From the NCBI GenBank assembly GCA_963724515.1, contig CAVRUU010000003.1, positions 315,319 through 379,318 of the forward strand: a stretch of 64,000 nucleotides of DNA. Direction: 5' to 3'. Shown one piece after another: positions 21,501 through 28,945 of this stretch (positions are counted from its first letter, which is position 1; the number at the start of each line of letters is the position of its first letter). Origin of the DNA: Candidatus Eiseniibacteriota bacterium. Lineage in GTDB: Bacteria; Eisenbacteria; RBG-16-71-46; SZUA-252. The notes beneath the pieces were generated by a model. That model was not told the DNA's origin, searched no databases, and worked only from the letters and a program-made list of their open reading frames with translations. Made by a program: the position numbers and the translations under genes.

Positions 21501-22200
21501 TCTCGGTGGCCGTGGCGTTGAGAGGAGCCGAAATGCCGGGAGGGGTATTGCCGCTGGGCGAGAGGGCCCCGTCGGCGTCGAACCAGTCGCCGGCTACGCC
21601 CGTGACGTCGCCGCATGGATCTGCCGGATCACCCAGGACGTATGTATTGGGGAAGAAAAATCCATCGCAGGGCGTGCCGAAGCCTGTCCCGAATCCGAAA
21701 GGGTTGAGCACCGATGCGCCGATCTGGGGGAAGATTCCAGGTTCCCCGGTAAGAACCGTGACCGGAATCGAACCCAGCGTCGCAAGCCCGGCCGGGGTGA
21801 CCGTACCCGTCGGGCGGGCCCGATTGATCTCGATCTCAGTATCACTGGAAATCAGGGGGCTGGATTCCGTGTAGGCGGCATCGGCGGGGGTGTACGTGCC
21901 CCACGTGACCGTCCCGCCGATGGCGTGCAGCGCCAGCGTGTAGCTGAACATGTCCAGCGTCTGCGGGGTCCCGGCCGCTCCGCAATTGGCCTCGCTGTGC
22001 GAGTTGCAAGTTTGCGTGGCCCCGTTTCTGTCGTGATTGGTGTCGAGAGTGATGGTCAGGAGGGTGGTTCCAGTCGCCCTCATCTTCGTGTTGTCGGTCG
22101 GATTGTCTGTGGTGATCTTCATGTACTGCGCCGAAGCGGACCCAGCGGAACACATGAAGACCAGGAGCCCGAGGATGAGATGTCGTACCGAGAACCTCAT
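15532..22200 (-). CDS. Giant (2222 aa) secreted surface protein with tandem ~95-aa Ig/cadherin-like repeats, a PKD domain and a FlgD-Ig/T9SS-like C-terminal domain
   Basis: RBS AAGGAGG and a signal peptide. Repeats of NxAPxLxQPxxMTVxExxTAxQ...DPDxDxLTF...VRAxDG; PKD motif PVADAGGPY...SWDF...HTY; C-terminus PNPLNPSTTIHF...IYDVAGRLVKTL...WDG...ASGVYFY. Confidence 0.92.
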   Translation of the reverse strand: MRFSVRHLILGLLVFMCSAGSASAQYMKITTDNPTDNTKMRATGTTLLTITLDTNHDRNGATQTCNSHSEANCGAAGTPQTLDMFSYTLALHAIGGTVTWGTYTPADAAYTESSPLISSDTEIEINRARPTGTVTPAGLATLGSIPVTVLTGEPGIFPQIGASVLNPFGFGTGFGTPCDGFFFPNTYVLGDPADPCGDVTGVAGDWFDADGALSPSGNTPPGISAPLNATATENVPMTTITATATDADAANTLTVTQTGMPADLTFSSTPGTSPVSATVSGTPGFADAGTFSVNWLVNDGAGGTANTSTVLEIANTNRGPTLVQPANMTVNENSTAEQVITGTDPDSEPLTFSKISGPAFMTVIPIGGTSATVRLVTGFSDAGTSSATVRATDGDLSNDKSFTITVNAANRPPFLNQPSNMTVNENATADQVVSGTDPDADALTFTKTTGPAFMTVTTTNATTGNVHLAPGAGTAGTYSASVTASDGSLTDVKNLNITVNGAANGAPTLDQPANMTVSEGATANQVITGTDPDGNALTFSKVSGPTYLTVTTTDPTTGSIHLAPGFTDSGTASATVRATDTGALFNEKSLTVTVTNVDRAPTLAPVADMTVGAGSTADQGISATDLDGDAITFTSSGPAFLTRTDNVQVGNTRTGSIHLAPPGGTSGTFSASVTATANGQSASDAFVIDVTGAANQAPTLTQPANMTVAEGATANQVITGTDPDADALTFSLVSGPTYATVTTTNATTGNIALAPGFADAGTAAAVVRATDTGALTNDKTLTITVTNTNRAPTLSQPADMTVDENATADQAINGFDTDDEPLTFTKVTGPTFMTVTTVDPGTGTASGNIHLAPGFADAGSYAATVRASDGTASFDRSLTITVDNLNRAPTLNQPANMTVDEGATANQAITGIDPDSDALTFSKVSGPTYATVTTTNATTGNIALAPGFSDAGTASLVVRAADTGALTDDKTLTVTVNNVDRPVSLDAVADMVVAAGSTADQTANATDPDGDAIGLTAAGPAFMTFTPNAQFLNSRTGSIHLAPPLGTTGTFSASVTATANGTETTRGFTITVNATNQAPIMDQPSDMTVNEGDTADQSLLAQDPDANPLTFSKTAGPAFMTVATLSPTLGNIHLAPGFEDAGTHAATVRATDGGLNSDRSLSITVNDVNRPPVLTAIPDVTVTEGATVDQPLTASDPDGDALTFTKATGPAFATVTTLTPSTGNLHFAPVAGDTLGSPYSASVTASDGSLADTKSLSITVNPPTPENNAPALAQPSDMTVDENTTADQTLDATDSDGDAITFTRVSGPTFATVSTTSPGTGTATGNIHVAPGSSDAGTHAATVRASDGTLTDDKSLTITVNDVNRAPTLQAVSDMTVAENATADQVITGADPDGDALTFSKASGPTFLTITTTNATEGNVHLAPTTGDAADSPYAASAQVSDGTLTDSKPFSITVEAAGEDEAPVLAQPSDMTVDENATADQTLNATDSDGDPITFTKAAGPAFVTVSTTDPGTGTATGNIHLAPGSSDAGTHAATVRASDGTLNDEKTFSITVNDVDRAPEVAAPSSINGEEGGVIAFNVSSSDPDGDAIDSFTADFPSLPGGNDASFTTDVSKTTGSFQWHPQPGDAGGTYSVVFTASNGLSGSATTALGVDPANTGANGLLTWTPQAGDQGVYDVVFTATDAGGTSTFTSTITVGGGSAPTPPSARLAPQATQTGPIISGTSTVSVQPGSEVTVSVYATSDPTTTTTVSSPIRLRLVSAVARAVQAITLTADLSHLPSGNNAQFSIVSGPANGAPTLTQPLDMTVNEGATADQTLNATDPDLNPLTFSLVSGPAYASVTTTSPGTGTATGNLHLAPGFSDAGTASATVRASDGSLNDERSFTITVTQTNQANQPPVADAGGPYTGTAGSPVAFNGTGSSDPDGNALSYSWDFDASDGITAEATGATPSHTYAAAGAFTATLTVTDDGTPALSDTDTATATISGGGEVFEAKATLRGGDRVIRLGSQHVRWCVLLEPKTSDWQVSDIVRSSILATFNGVSIHPVSIRRLTGRDCGDHGRARLEICFKKSHLQRLFASLPKGHRWVEVDITGDLEDGGSIHADVKVFVVKGFGGFVSHDEYDDDADAQYADGRSSYASPNPLNPSTTIHFELSAPGSVRLHIYDVAGRLVKTLADEFMGSGAHHVAWDGTSRSGSRVASGVYFYVLETPGRTVKSQLVVAK
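16500..21550 (-). repeat. Intragenic tandem array of ~285-300 bp Ig/cadherin-like repeats
   Basis: Recurrent protein repeat units with near-identical DNA blocks, e.g. about 17540-17810 vs 18120-18390 and about 19270-19530 vs 19845-20110. Confidence 0.85.
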
Positions 22201-22425
22201 GAATTCCTCCTTTTGCGTGGCAAGACGCGAGCAATACGGTCCAAATTCATCAAGGGAACAATCAGGGGATCACTCAGGCTGGATCTTCCAACAGGAGGCG
22301 CCCTCCCTGGTGGGGATGTATGCCCAACCGACGAGGGCTAATCGGCTACCTGCATGAGTGGCGGGGGGGAGACTCACTCATACCCGTCGGCTGTGCGTTG
22401 TCTAGCTAGGTTGTCGAACCGCGGG

Positions 22426-22454
22426 ATGATACCACAATCGTGGCCGCAGGTCAA
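22426..22454 (-). promoter_or_regulatory. Putative sigma70 promoter (extended -10) of the giant protein gene
   Basis: TTGACC-N17-TATCAT with TGn before the -10; implies a leader of about 220 nt. Confidence 0.65.
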
Positions 22455-22478
22455 GTGACCAAAAGCAGATAGAGCGAT

Positions 22479-23558
22479 CTAGGTAGAACTACTGGCTCGC
22501 TGCCGGACCGACTTTCGGACCCATTCTCCCTGCTCGCGGGTCCCCACGCCCGAGTCGGTCCCCGCCGATTTCAACTTCCCGGTCGCGAACAGCTCGGCCA
22601 CCGACTCTTCGATCAGCTCCGCCCCGTCGCTCTCGCCCAGATACTCCAAGAGCATTTGCGCGGCGAGGATGGACCCGATCGGGGAGGCCACGTTCTTCCC
22701 CGCGTGCTTGGGAGCCGAGCCATGGATTGGCTCGAACATCGAGACGCGGCCGGGGTGGATGTTGCCCGACGCGGCGATCCCCATGCCGCCCTGTATCGCG
22801 GCCCCCAGGTCGGTCAGGATGTCGCCGAACATGTTCGAGACCACGATCGTATCGAAGCTCTCGGGGTTCTTGACCATCCACATGCAGGCGGCGTCGATGT
22901 AGGCGTGATCCCGTGTGATCTCCGGATACTCACTCCCGATCTCCTCGAAAACGCGTGTCCAGATGTCCATCGCGCCCACGGCGTTGGCCTTGTCCACCAG
23001 CGTGAGCTTTCGCGCCTTCGCGCGTCTCCGCGCGAGGTCGAAGGCGTAGCGGATCACGCGCTCCACCCCCTTGCGGGTGAAGATCATCTCCTGGACCGCC
23101 ACCTCGTCCGGCGTGCCCTTCTTCAGAAAGCCCCCGATGCCCGCGTAGACGTCCTCGGTGTTCTCACGCACCACGACCATGTCGATGTGCTCGGGGGTCT
23201 TGCCCTTGATGGGGCAAAGATCCGCGGCGAAGAGCTTGATGGGGCGGAGATTCACGTAGAGGTCGAGTCCGAATCGGATGCCGGAAATGATGGCCCGCTC
23301 GAGCATCCCGACCGGGAGCCTGGGATCCCCGATCGCGCCCAGTAGGATCGCGTCCTGGCCGCGCAGATCCTCGAGCGCGGAAGGCGGAAAGGTCTCCTTC
23401 GTTTTCATGTAGTGGTCCGCGCCGAAGGGGTAGGTCGTGAACGCGGGCGTGAATCCGCGGATCTCTCCGATGAGCCGCAGGGTCTCCACGGCCTCGCGGG
23501 TTACCTCGGGACCGATGCCGTCGCCTGGGAGGACCGCGATCCGAAATGTCTTAGCCAA
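22479..23558 (-). CDS. Isocitrate/isopropylmalate (beta-decarboxylating) dehydrogenase, LeuB-like
   Basis: [34 protein letters not shown] and FEPIHGSAP. Likely TTG start at 23558 overlapping the upstream stop. Confidence 0.92.
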   Translation of the reverse strand: MAKTFRIAVLPGDGIGPEVTREAVETLRLIGEIRGFTPAFTTYPFGADHYMKTKETFPPSALEDLRGQDAILLGAIGDPRLPVGMLERAIISGIRFGLDLYVNLRPIKLFAADLCPIKGKTPEHIDMVVVRENTEDVYAGIGGFLKKGTPDEVAVQEMIFTRKGVERVIRYAFDLARRRAKARKLTLVDKANAVGAMDIWTRVFEEIGSEYPEITRDHAYIDAACMWMVKNPESFDTIVVSNMFGDILTDLGAAIQGGMGIAASGNIHPGRVSMFEPIHGSAPKHAGKNVASPIGSILAAQMLLEYLGESDGAELIEESVAELFATGKLKSAGTDSGVGTREQGEWVRKSVRQRASSST

Positions 23559-24816
23559 CGCGGGTCGCCGCCGATCGGGCCTTCTTGAATGCGCCGACCA
23601 ACTCCACGAGCTCGGCATCCTCGAACACGGTCTCGCGCTGCTTGGCCGCCTTGAAGATGTGCTCGACCAGTTTTGGGTCCGGCTCCTCTCCGTGCTCGGC
23701 CAGCCAGAAGATCACGTTCGACTCGCCGCACATGGGACCCACGTCGATCCTCTGCTTGAGCCCGAGCCAATCCGCGGGAACGCTCGAGTACACCCGGTCC
23801 GCGAGCCAATCGTCCCCCTTCTTCCTGGCCTTGATCACGGCGGCGGCATGTACCCCGGTCGCCGTGCGGAAGGCGTCCCTGCCGAGGGCGGGATAGTTGT
23901 AGGGAATGGGCACCCGGCAGGAGCGCGAAACCAGCTCGCAGTACTCCGGGAGCGCCTCGAGATCGCTGTCGAGCCAGCCCAGCAGCTTCAGATTGATCAG
24001 GATCAGATCGAGAGGCGCGTTTCCCACCCTCTCCCCGATGCCCAGGATCGTGCCGTGGACGCGGTCCGCCCCGGCCATGAGCGCGGCGAGCGCGTTGGCG
24101 ACCCCGAGGTCGCGGTCACGGTGCCCGTGCCAGTCGACCCCGACCTTCTCGCCGGTCGCGTCCACGACCTCGCGGATGAATCGGATCACCCGCGCGGCGC
24201 CCTCGGGGGTGGCGTGCCCCACCGTGTCGGAGACGCAGACGCGCCGCGCGCCGCAGCGGATGGCGGTCGTGTAGAGCTGCTTCAAGATCTCGGGGCGCGC
24301 CCGCGTCGTGTCCTCGGTCACGTACATCACCGGAACGCCGTTCTTCGTGGAGTAGGTGACCGCCTCCTCGGTGTGCCGGAGCATCCGGCCGAGGTCCCAA
24401 TCCTCCGCGTACTGCCGGATCGGGCTCGATCCGATGAAGGTCGCCGCCTCGATCCGAAGGCCCGCCTTCTGCGAGATGTCGATGATGGGATCGATGTCGG
24501 CCTTCAGGGTCCGGGCCGCGCAGTACGGCTCGATCGAGAGCTTGGCGCTCACGATCTCCTTCGCCAACGCGAGGGTCGCTTCCTTCGCGCGCGGGCCCGC
24601 GCCGGGCAGGCCGATGTCGTTTCCGTGGACGCCGATCCTGGCCTGGTAATGGAGCGCGCGGATCTTGTCGGCGATCGGGGGGTCCGCGACGGATGGTGAC
24701 TGGAGCCCGTCGCGAAGCGTCTCGTCCACGACCTGGACCTTCCGCGGCGGGCGCACGGGTGCGGCATCGCCCACGTTCCAGTCGTAGATGAGATCCCGCT
24801 CGCTCGGGTGGATCAC
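23551..24816 (-). CDS. LeuA/homocitrate-synthase family (DRE-TIM) acyl-CoA condensing enzyme lacking the C-terminal regulatory domain
   Basis: DETLRDGLQ, DTVG, HGHRD and GIGERVGN. GTG start at 24816 overlaps the thiolase stop; about 420 aa. Confidence 0.88.
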   Translation of the reverse strand: MIHPSERDLIYDWNVGDAAPVRPPRKVQVVDETLRDGLQSPSVADPPIADKIRALHYQARIGVHGNDIGLPGAGPRAKEATLALAKEIVSAKLSIEPYCAARTLKADIDPIIDISQKAGLRIEAATFIGSSPIRQYAEDWDLGRMLRHTEEAVTYSTKNGVPVMYVTEDTTRARPEILKQLYTTAIRCGARRVCVSDTVGHATPEGAARVIRFIREVVDATGEKVGVDWHGHRDRDLGVANALAALMAGADRVHGTILGIGERVGNAPLDLILINLKLLGWLDSDLEALPEYCELVSRSCRVPIPYNYPALGRDAFRTATGVHAAAVIKARKKGDDWLADRVYSSVPADWLGLKQRIDVGPMCGESNVIFWLAEHGEEPDPKLVEHIFKAAKQRETVFEDAELVELVGAFKKARSAATRVG

Positions 24817-26027
24817 GGGATCGCTTCCACGACCGCGGCGATTCCCTGTCCCCCGCCGATGCAGGCGGTCGCGACTCCCCAGCGCTTCTTCCGCCGCCTC
24901 AGCTCGTAAAGGACGGTCAGGATGAGGCGCGTACCGGTCGCGGCCAGCGGATGGCCGAGTGCGATGGCGCCCCCGTTCACGTTCGTCTTCTCGCGTGGGT
25001 TGCCCAGCTCCTTTTCCACCGCGAGATACTGCCCGGCGAAGGCCTCGTTGATCTCGAAGAGATCCACGTCCTCCACGCTGAGTCCCACCTGCTTCAACGC
25101 AGCGCGCGTCGCGGGAACCGGCCCGATCCCCATCTGGTCGGGGTCGACGCCCACGGTGGCCCAGGATGCGACGCGCCCGATCGGCTTCAGGTCGCGCTTC
25201 TCGGCGTGGCGGGCGCTCGTGATCACGACCGCCGCGGCCCCGTCCACGATGCCGCTCGCGTTCCCGGCCGTGACGAAGCTCTCCTTCCCGAATGCGGGCG
25301 GAAGCTTCGCGAGACCCTCGAGCGTGGCTCCCTCGAAGCAGTGGTCGTCCTTCTCGACAGGCTTCGCGTCGCGTCCGGGCGGCGTCACGGAAACGATCTC
25401 CTCGCTCAGGAGGCAGGAGTCGATCGCCCGGCGCCCCTCGGTGATGCTCCGGAGCGCATAGGCATCCTGCTCCTCGCGCGAGATCTTGTAGCGCCGGGCG
25501 AGGTTGTCCGAGGTCTGCGCCATGTAGCAGCCACAAAAGGAATCCCGCAGGGCGACCATGAGCGAATCCTCGAGCGCTCCCTGCCCGAGCCTGATCCCGG
25601 TCCGGGCGCCCCGGATCACGAAGGGGGCCTGGCTCAGGTTCTCCATTCCGCCGGCCAGGACGAAATTGGCTTCACCGAGGAGGATCATCTGCGCCGCGCT
25701 CACGACCGACTGGATCCCGCTCCCGCACAGACGATTCACGGTCAGCGCCGGCACCGGCACGGGGACTCCGGCCTTGAGCCCGACGTGGCGCGCGCCGTAG
25801 AGCGCGTCGCCGCTCGTCTGGAGCGCGTTCCCCATCACGACGTGGTCGATGATGTCGGGCGGCACCTTCGAGCGCTCGAGCGCCGCCTTCGAGACGGCGG
25901 CGGCGAGGTCGATCGCCGACAGATCTTTCAACGCGCCGCCCGGTTTGCCGTTCCCGGCGCGGCCGCCCACCCACTCGGTCATCGGGGTCCTGGCCCCGTT
26001 CAAGATCACGATCTCTTCGCGCGCCAT
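24813..26027 (-). CDS. Acetyl-CoA C-acyltransferase (thiolase)
   Basis: NRLCGSG, NEAF, GHPLAATG and CIGGGQG. Confidence 0.95.
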   Translation of the reverse strand: MAREEIVILNGARTPMTEWVGGRAGNGKPGGALKDLSAIDLAAAVSKAALERSKVPPDIIDHVVMGNALQTSGDALYGARHVGLKAGVPVPVPALTVNRLCGSGIQSVVSAAQMILLGEANFVLAGGMENLSQAPFVIRGARTGIRLGQGALEDSLMVALRDSFCGCYMAQTSDNLARRYKISREEQDAYALRSITEGRRAIDSCLLSEEIVSVTPPGRDAKPVEKDDHCFEGATLEGLAKLPPAFGKESFVTAGNASGIVDGAAAVVITSARHAEKRDLKPIGRVASWATVGVDPDQMGIGPVPATRAALKQVGLSVEDVDLFEINEAFAGQYLAVEKELGNPREKTNVNGGAIALGHPLAATGTRLILTVLYELRRRKKRWGVATACIGGGQGIAAVVEAIP

Positions 26028-26049
26028 CTCGGATACCCGCTTTCTTCGG

Positions 26050-26910
26050 TTAACTCTTTCCGTACTCGTAGAATCCGCGGCCCGACTTCCGCCCCAGGTA
26101 ACCCGCCAGCACCATCCTCTTTAGAAGCGGTGGAGGGGCGAAATGGGGCTGACGAAATTCCTCGAACATGATGTTGGCGATGTAGTAGGTCGTGTCAAGG
26201 CCGACGAAATCCAGCAAGGTCAAGGGACCCATCGGGTAGCCGCACCCGAGCTTCATCCCGTTGTCGATATCTTCCCGCGAGGCGACCCCGGATTCAAGCA
26301 GGCGAACGGCGTCCAGGAGATAGGGCACCAGGAGCCGGTTCACGACGAATCCCGGCGTGTCCTTGCAGACCACCGCCGTCTTCCCGATCTGCTCCACGAA
26401 TCCACGGGCCCGCTCGAACGCCGCGTCCGAGGTCGGGAGGGCCCGGATGATCTCGACCAGCTTCATGAGCGGCACCGGGTTGAAGAAATGGAGCCCCAGC
26501 ACCCTCTCGGGACGGGTCGTGGTCGCGGCGATCTCGGTGATGGAAAGCGACGAGGTGTTGCTCGCGAGCACCGCGTCCGGCGTCACCACCTTGTCGAGCA
26601 CCGAGAACACCTCGCGCTTCGCGCCGATATTCTCGACGACCGCCTCCACGACGAGCTCGCAGGGCGCAAGGTCCTCGAGCTTCGTCGTCCCCTTGATGTT
26701 CGCGAGGATCTTGTCCTTGTCCGCGGCGGCCACCTTTCCCTTGGCGACCCCGTCCTCGAGAAACTTGCGGATCCTGCCCAGGCCCTTCTCGAGCGCGGGC
26801 TGGTCGATCTCGCGAACGATGGTCTCGATCCCAGCCTGCGCCGAAACCTGCGCGATCCCCGATCCCATGAGACCGCAGCCCACCACTCCCACTCGCTTCA
26901 ACGCGGTCAT
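26050..26910 (-). CDS. hbd: 3-hydroxybutyryl-CoA dehydrogenase
   Basis: ATG 26910 (AGGAGG upstream, ATGA overlap); [31 protein letters not shown] and PMGPL...GLD. Confidence 0.95.
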   Translation of the reverse strand: MTALKRVGVVGCGLMGSGIAQVSAQAGIETIVREIDQPALEKGLGRIRKFLEDGVAKGKVAAADKDKILANIKGTTKLEDLAPCELVVEAVVENIGAKREVFSVLDKVVTPDAVLASNTSSLSITEIAATTTRPERVLGLHFFNPVPLMKLVEIIRALPTSDAAFERARGFVEQIGKTAVVCKDTPGFVVNRLLVPYLLDAVRLLESGVASREDIDNGMKLGCGYPMGPLTLLDFVGLDTTYYIANIMFEEFRQPHFAPPPLLKRMVLAGYLGRKSGRGFYEYGKS

Positions 26911-28101
26911 GCGCTGCTTCCTCCTTGGGTCAATTCGAGCGCCACTCCCAGTCCGCCGCTCACGCACAAGGTCGCGAGCCCGAGACCCGCGCGGCGGCGC
27001 TTCATCTCGTGTACGAGCGTGGTCACGATGCGCGCCCCGGTGCACCCGATGGGATGCCCCAGCGCGATCGCGCCGCCCGACACGTTGAGCTTGCTTCGAT
27101 CCATGTGAAGCTCGCGGTCGCAGGCCAGGACCTGCGCCGCGAACGCCTCGTTCAGCTCGATCAGGTCGAAATCCGCGAGCGACCGCTTCGTCCTCTCCAG
27201 CAGGCGGCGCGTCGCGGGCACGGGCCCGATGCCCATGATCGCGGGATCGACGCCCACGACCTCGCTCTCGCCGACCCACGCTAGCGACGGGGAGCCCACG
27301 CTCCCGCGCGATCGACTCCGCCCCGAGCACGAGCGAGGCGGCCCCGTCCGTGATCCCGGAGGAGTTCCCGGCGTGCACCGTGCCCTCCTCGCGAAACACC
27401 GGGGGAAGCTTCGCCAGGTCCTCGAGCGTCGTGTCTCCGCGCGGATGCTCGTCGGCGGAGACGGTTCGCTCCTCCCCCTTCCGTCCCGCGACCTTTACCG
27501 GGGTGATCTCATCGGTGAAGCGCCCCTCGCGCGCGGCGCCGGCGGCGCGGCGCTGGCTCTCGAGCGCGTACTGGTCCTGCTCCTCACGGCCGATATGGTA
27601 GAGATCCGCCAGCTTCTCGGCGGTCTCTCCCATGAGCATGCCGCAGATCGGGTCCAGGAATCCGTCGCGGTACATCCCGTCGATGACGGCGGCATTTCCG
27701 AGCCGGTATCCGGTCCGCGCGCGATCGAGGAGATAGGGAACGCGGCTCATGCTCTCGGTTCCACCCGCGAGCACGAGGCGCGACTTGCCCGCGCGGATAT
27801 GCTCGGCCGCGAGGATGATCGCCTGGAGCCCCGAACCGCACGCTTGATTCACCGTGAACGCGGGGCGCTCTTGCGGTATCCCCGAGCGGATCAACACCTG
27901 GCGCGCGACGTTCGGTCCCCCTCCCGCCTGGCGCGCGCAGCCGTAGATCAGCTCGTCGATATCCCCGCCCGGCACGCGCGCGCGCGCGAGCGCGGCCGTG
28001 GTTGCCGCGACCCCGAGATCGGCGGCGCTCAGGTCGGCGAGCGATCCCAGATAGCGTCCGATGGGGGTGCGGACGGCGGAAACGATCGCGACGCGTTCCA
28101 T
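26907..28101 (-). pseudogene. Second thiolase with a single-base frameshift near 27285
   Basis: MERVAIVSAVRTPIG...NQACGSG is in one frame; [23 protein letters not shown] and CVSGG are in the next. One extra G (GTC-G-CTA) separates them. Possibly a sequencing error. Confidence 0.85.
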
Positions 28102-28129
28102 GGGGACGGTGGTCGTTCGGCGCGAGCGC

Positions 28130-28912
28130 CTAGGCGCCGGTGAAGGTGGGCTTCCGCTTCTCGAGGAAGGCCTTGAGCCCTTCGTGCATGTCGGCAGTGG
28201 CCGCGAGCAGCCCGAAGTGCCCCGCTTCGCGCTCGAGCCCCTGGGTGAGGTCGGTCTCCATGCCGCGGATCGCGGCGTCCATGGCATAGCGAACCGCGAG
28301 CGCGCCGCGGCCCAGAATCTCCCCGGCGACCTTCTCGCAGTGCGGAATCAGCTCCGCGGCGGGAAGGACGCGGTTCACGAGCCCGATCCGGAGCGCTTCC
28401 TGAGCGTCGATCATGCGCGCGGTCGTGATCAGCTCGAGGGCCAACCCCAGCCCGACGATCCGGGGAAGCCGCTGCGTGCCTCCGTATCCGGGGATGATGC
28501 CGAGTCCCACTTCGGGGAGTCCGATCCTGGCATTTTCCGAGGCGAAGCGGATGTGGCAGGCGAGCGCCAGCTCGCATCCGCCGCCGAGCGCGAAGCCGTT
28601 GATCGCGGCGATGACCGGCTTTCCGAGGGTTTCGATCTCGCGAAGCGCCGCCTGACCGAGCCTCGAGGAGGCTTCCCCCTGGAGGGGGGTCATCACGGCG
28701 AGCTCGTTGATGTCGGCGCCGGCCACGAACGCTTTCTCGCCGGCGCCGGTCAGGATCACGACGCCCACATCCGTGTTCTCTCGCAGCGACGCGAACGCAG
28801 CGTGGATCTCGCGCACGGTCTTCTCGTTCAAGGCGTTCAAGACCTTGGGACGGTTGACCGTAACGCGCGCGATCCGGTCCGTGACGTCGACGATCAGGTT
28901 TTCGAAAGTCAT
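28130..28912 (-). CDS. crt: Enoyl-CoA hydratase (crotonase)
   Basis: NRPKVLNAL, AFVAGADI, GFALGGGCE and PEVGLGIIPGYGGTQRL (both catalytic Glu present). Start 28912 or 28930. Confidence 0.93.
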   Translation of the reverse strand: MTFENLIVDVTDRIARVTVNRPKVLNALNEKTVREIHAAFASLRENTDVGVVILTGAGEKAFVAGADINELAVMTPLQGEASSRLGQAALREIETLGKPVIAAINGFALGGGCELALACHIRFASENARIGLPEVGLGIIPGYGGTQRLPRIVGLGLALELITTARMIDAQEALRIGLVNRVLPAAELIPHCEKVAGEILGRGALAVRYAMDAAIRGMETDLTQGLEREAGHFGLLAATADMHEGLKAFLEKRKPTFTGA

Positions 28913-28945
28913 GGACGTGGCCGTGACCATAGACGGCGGAGTGTA

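Noticed and set aside
26050-28287. 745-aa natural thiolase-hydroxyacyl-CoA dehydrogenase fusion
   Set aside because: It results from a 1-nt frameshift. The middle segment is off-frame nonsense, the true thiolase C-terminus is in another frame, and hbd has its own RBS and ATG.
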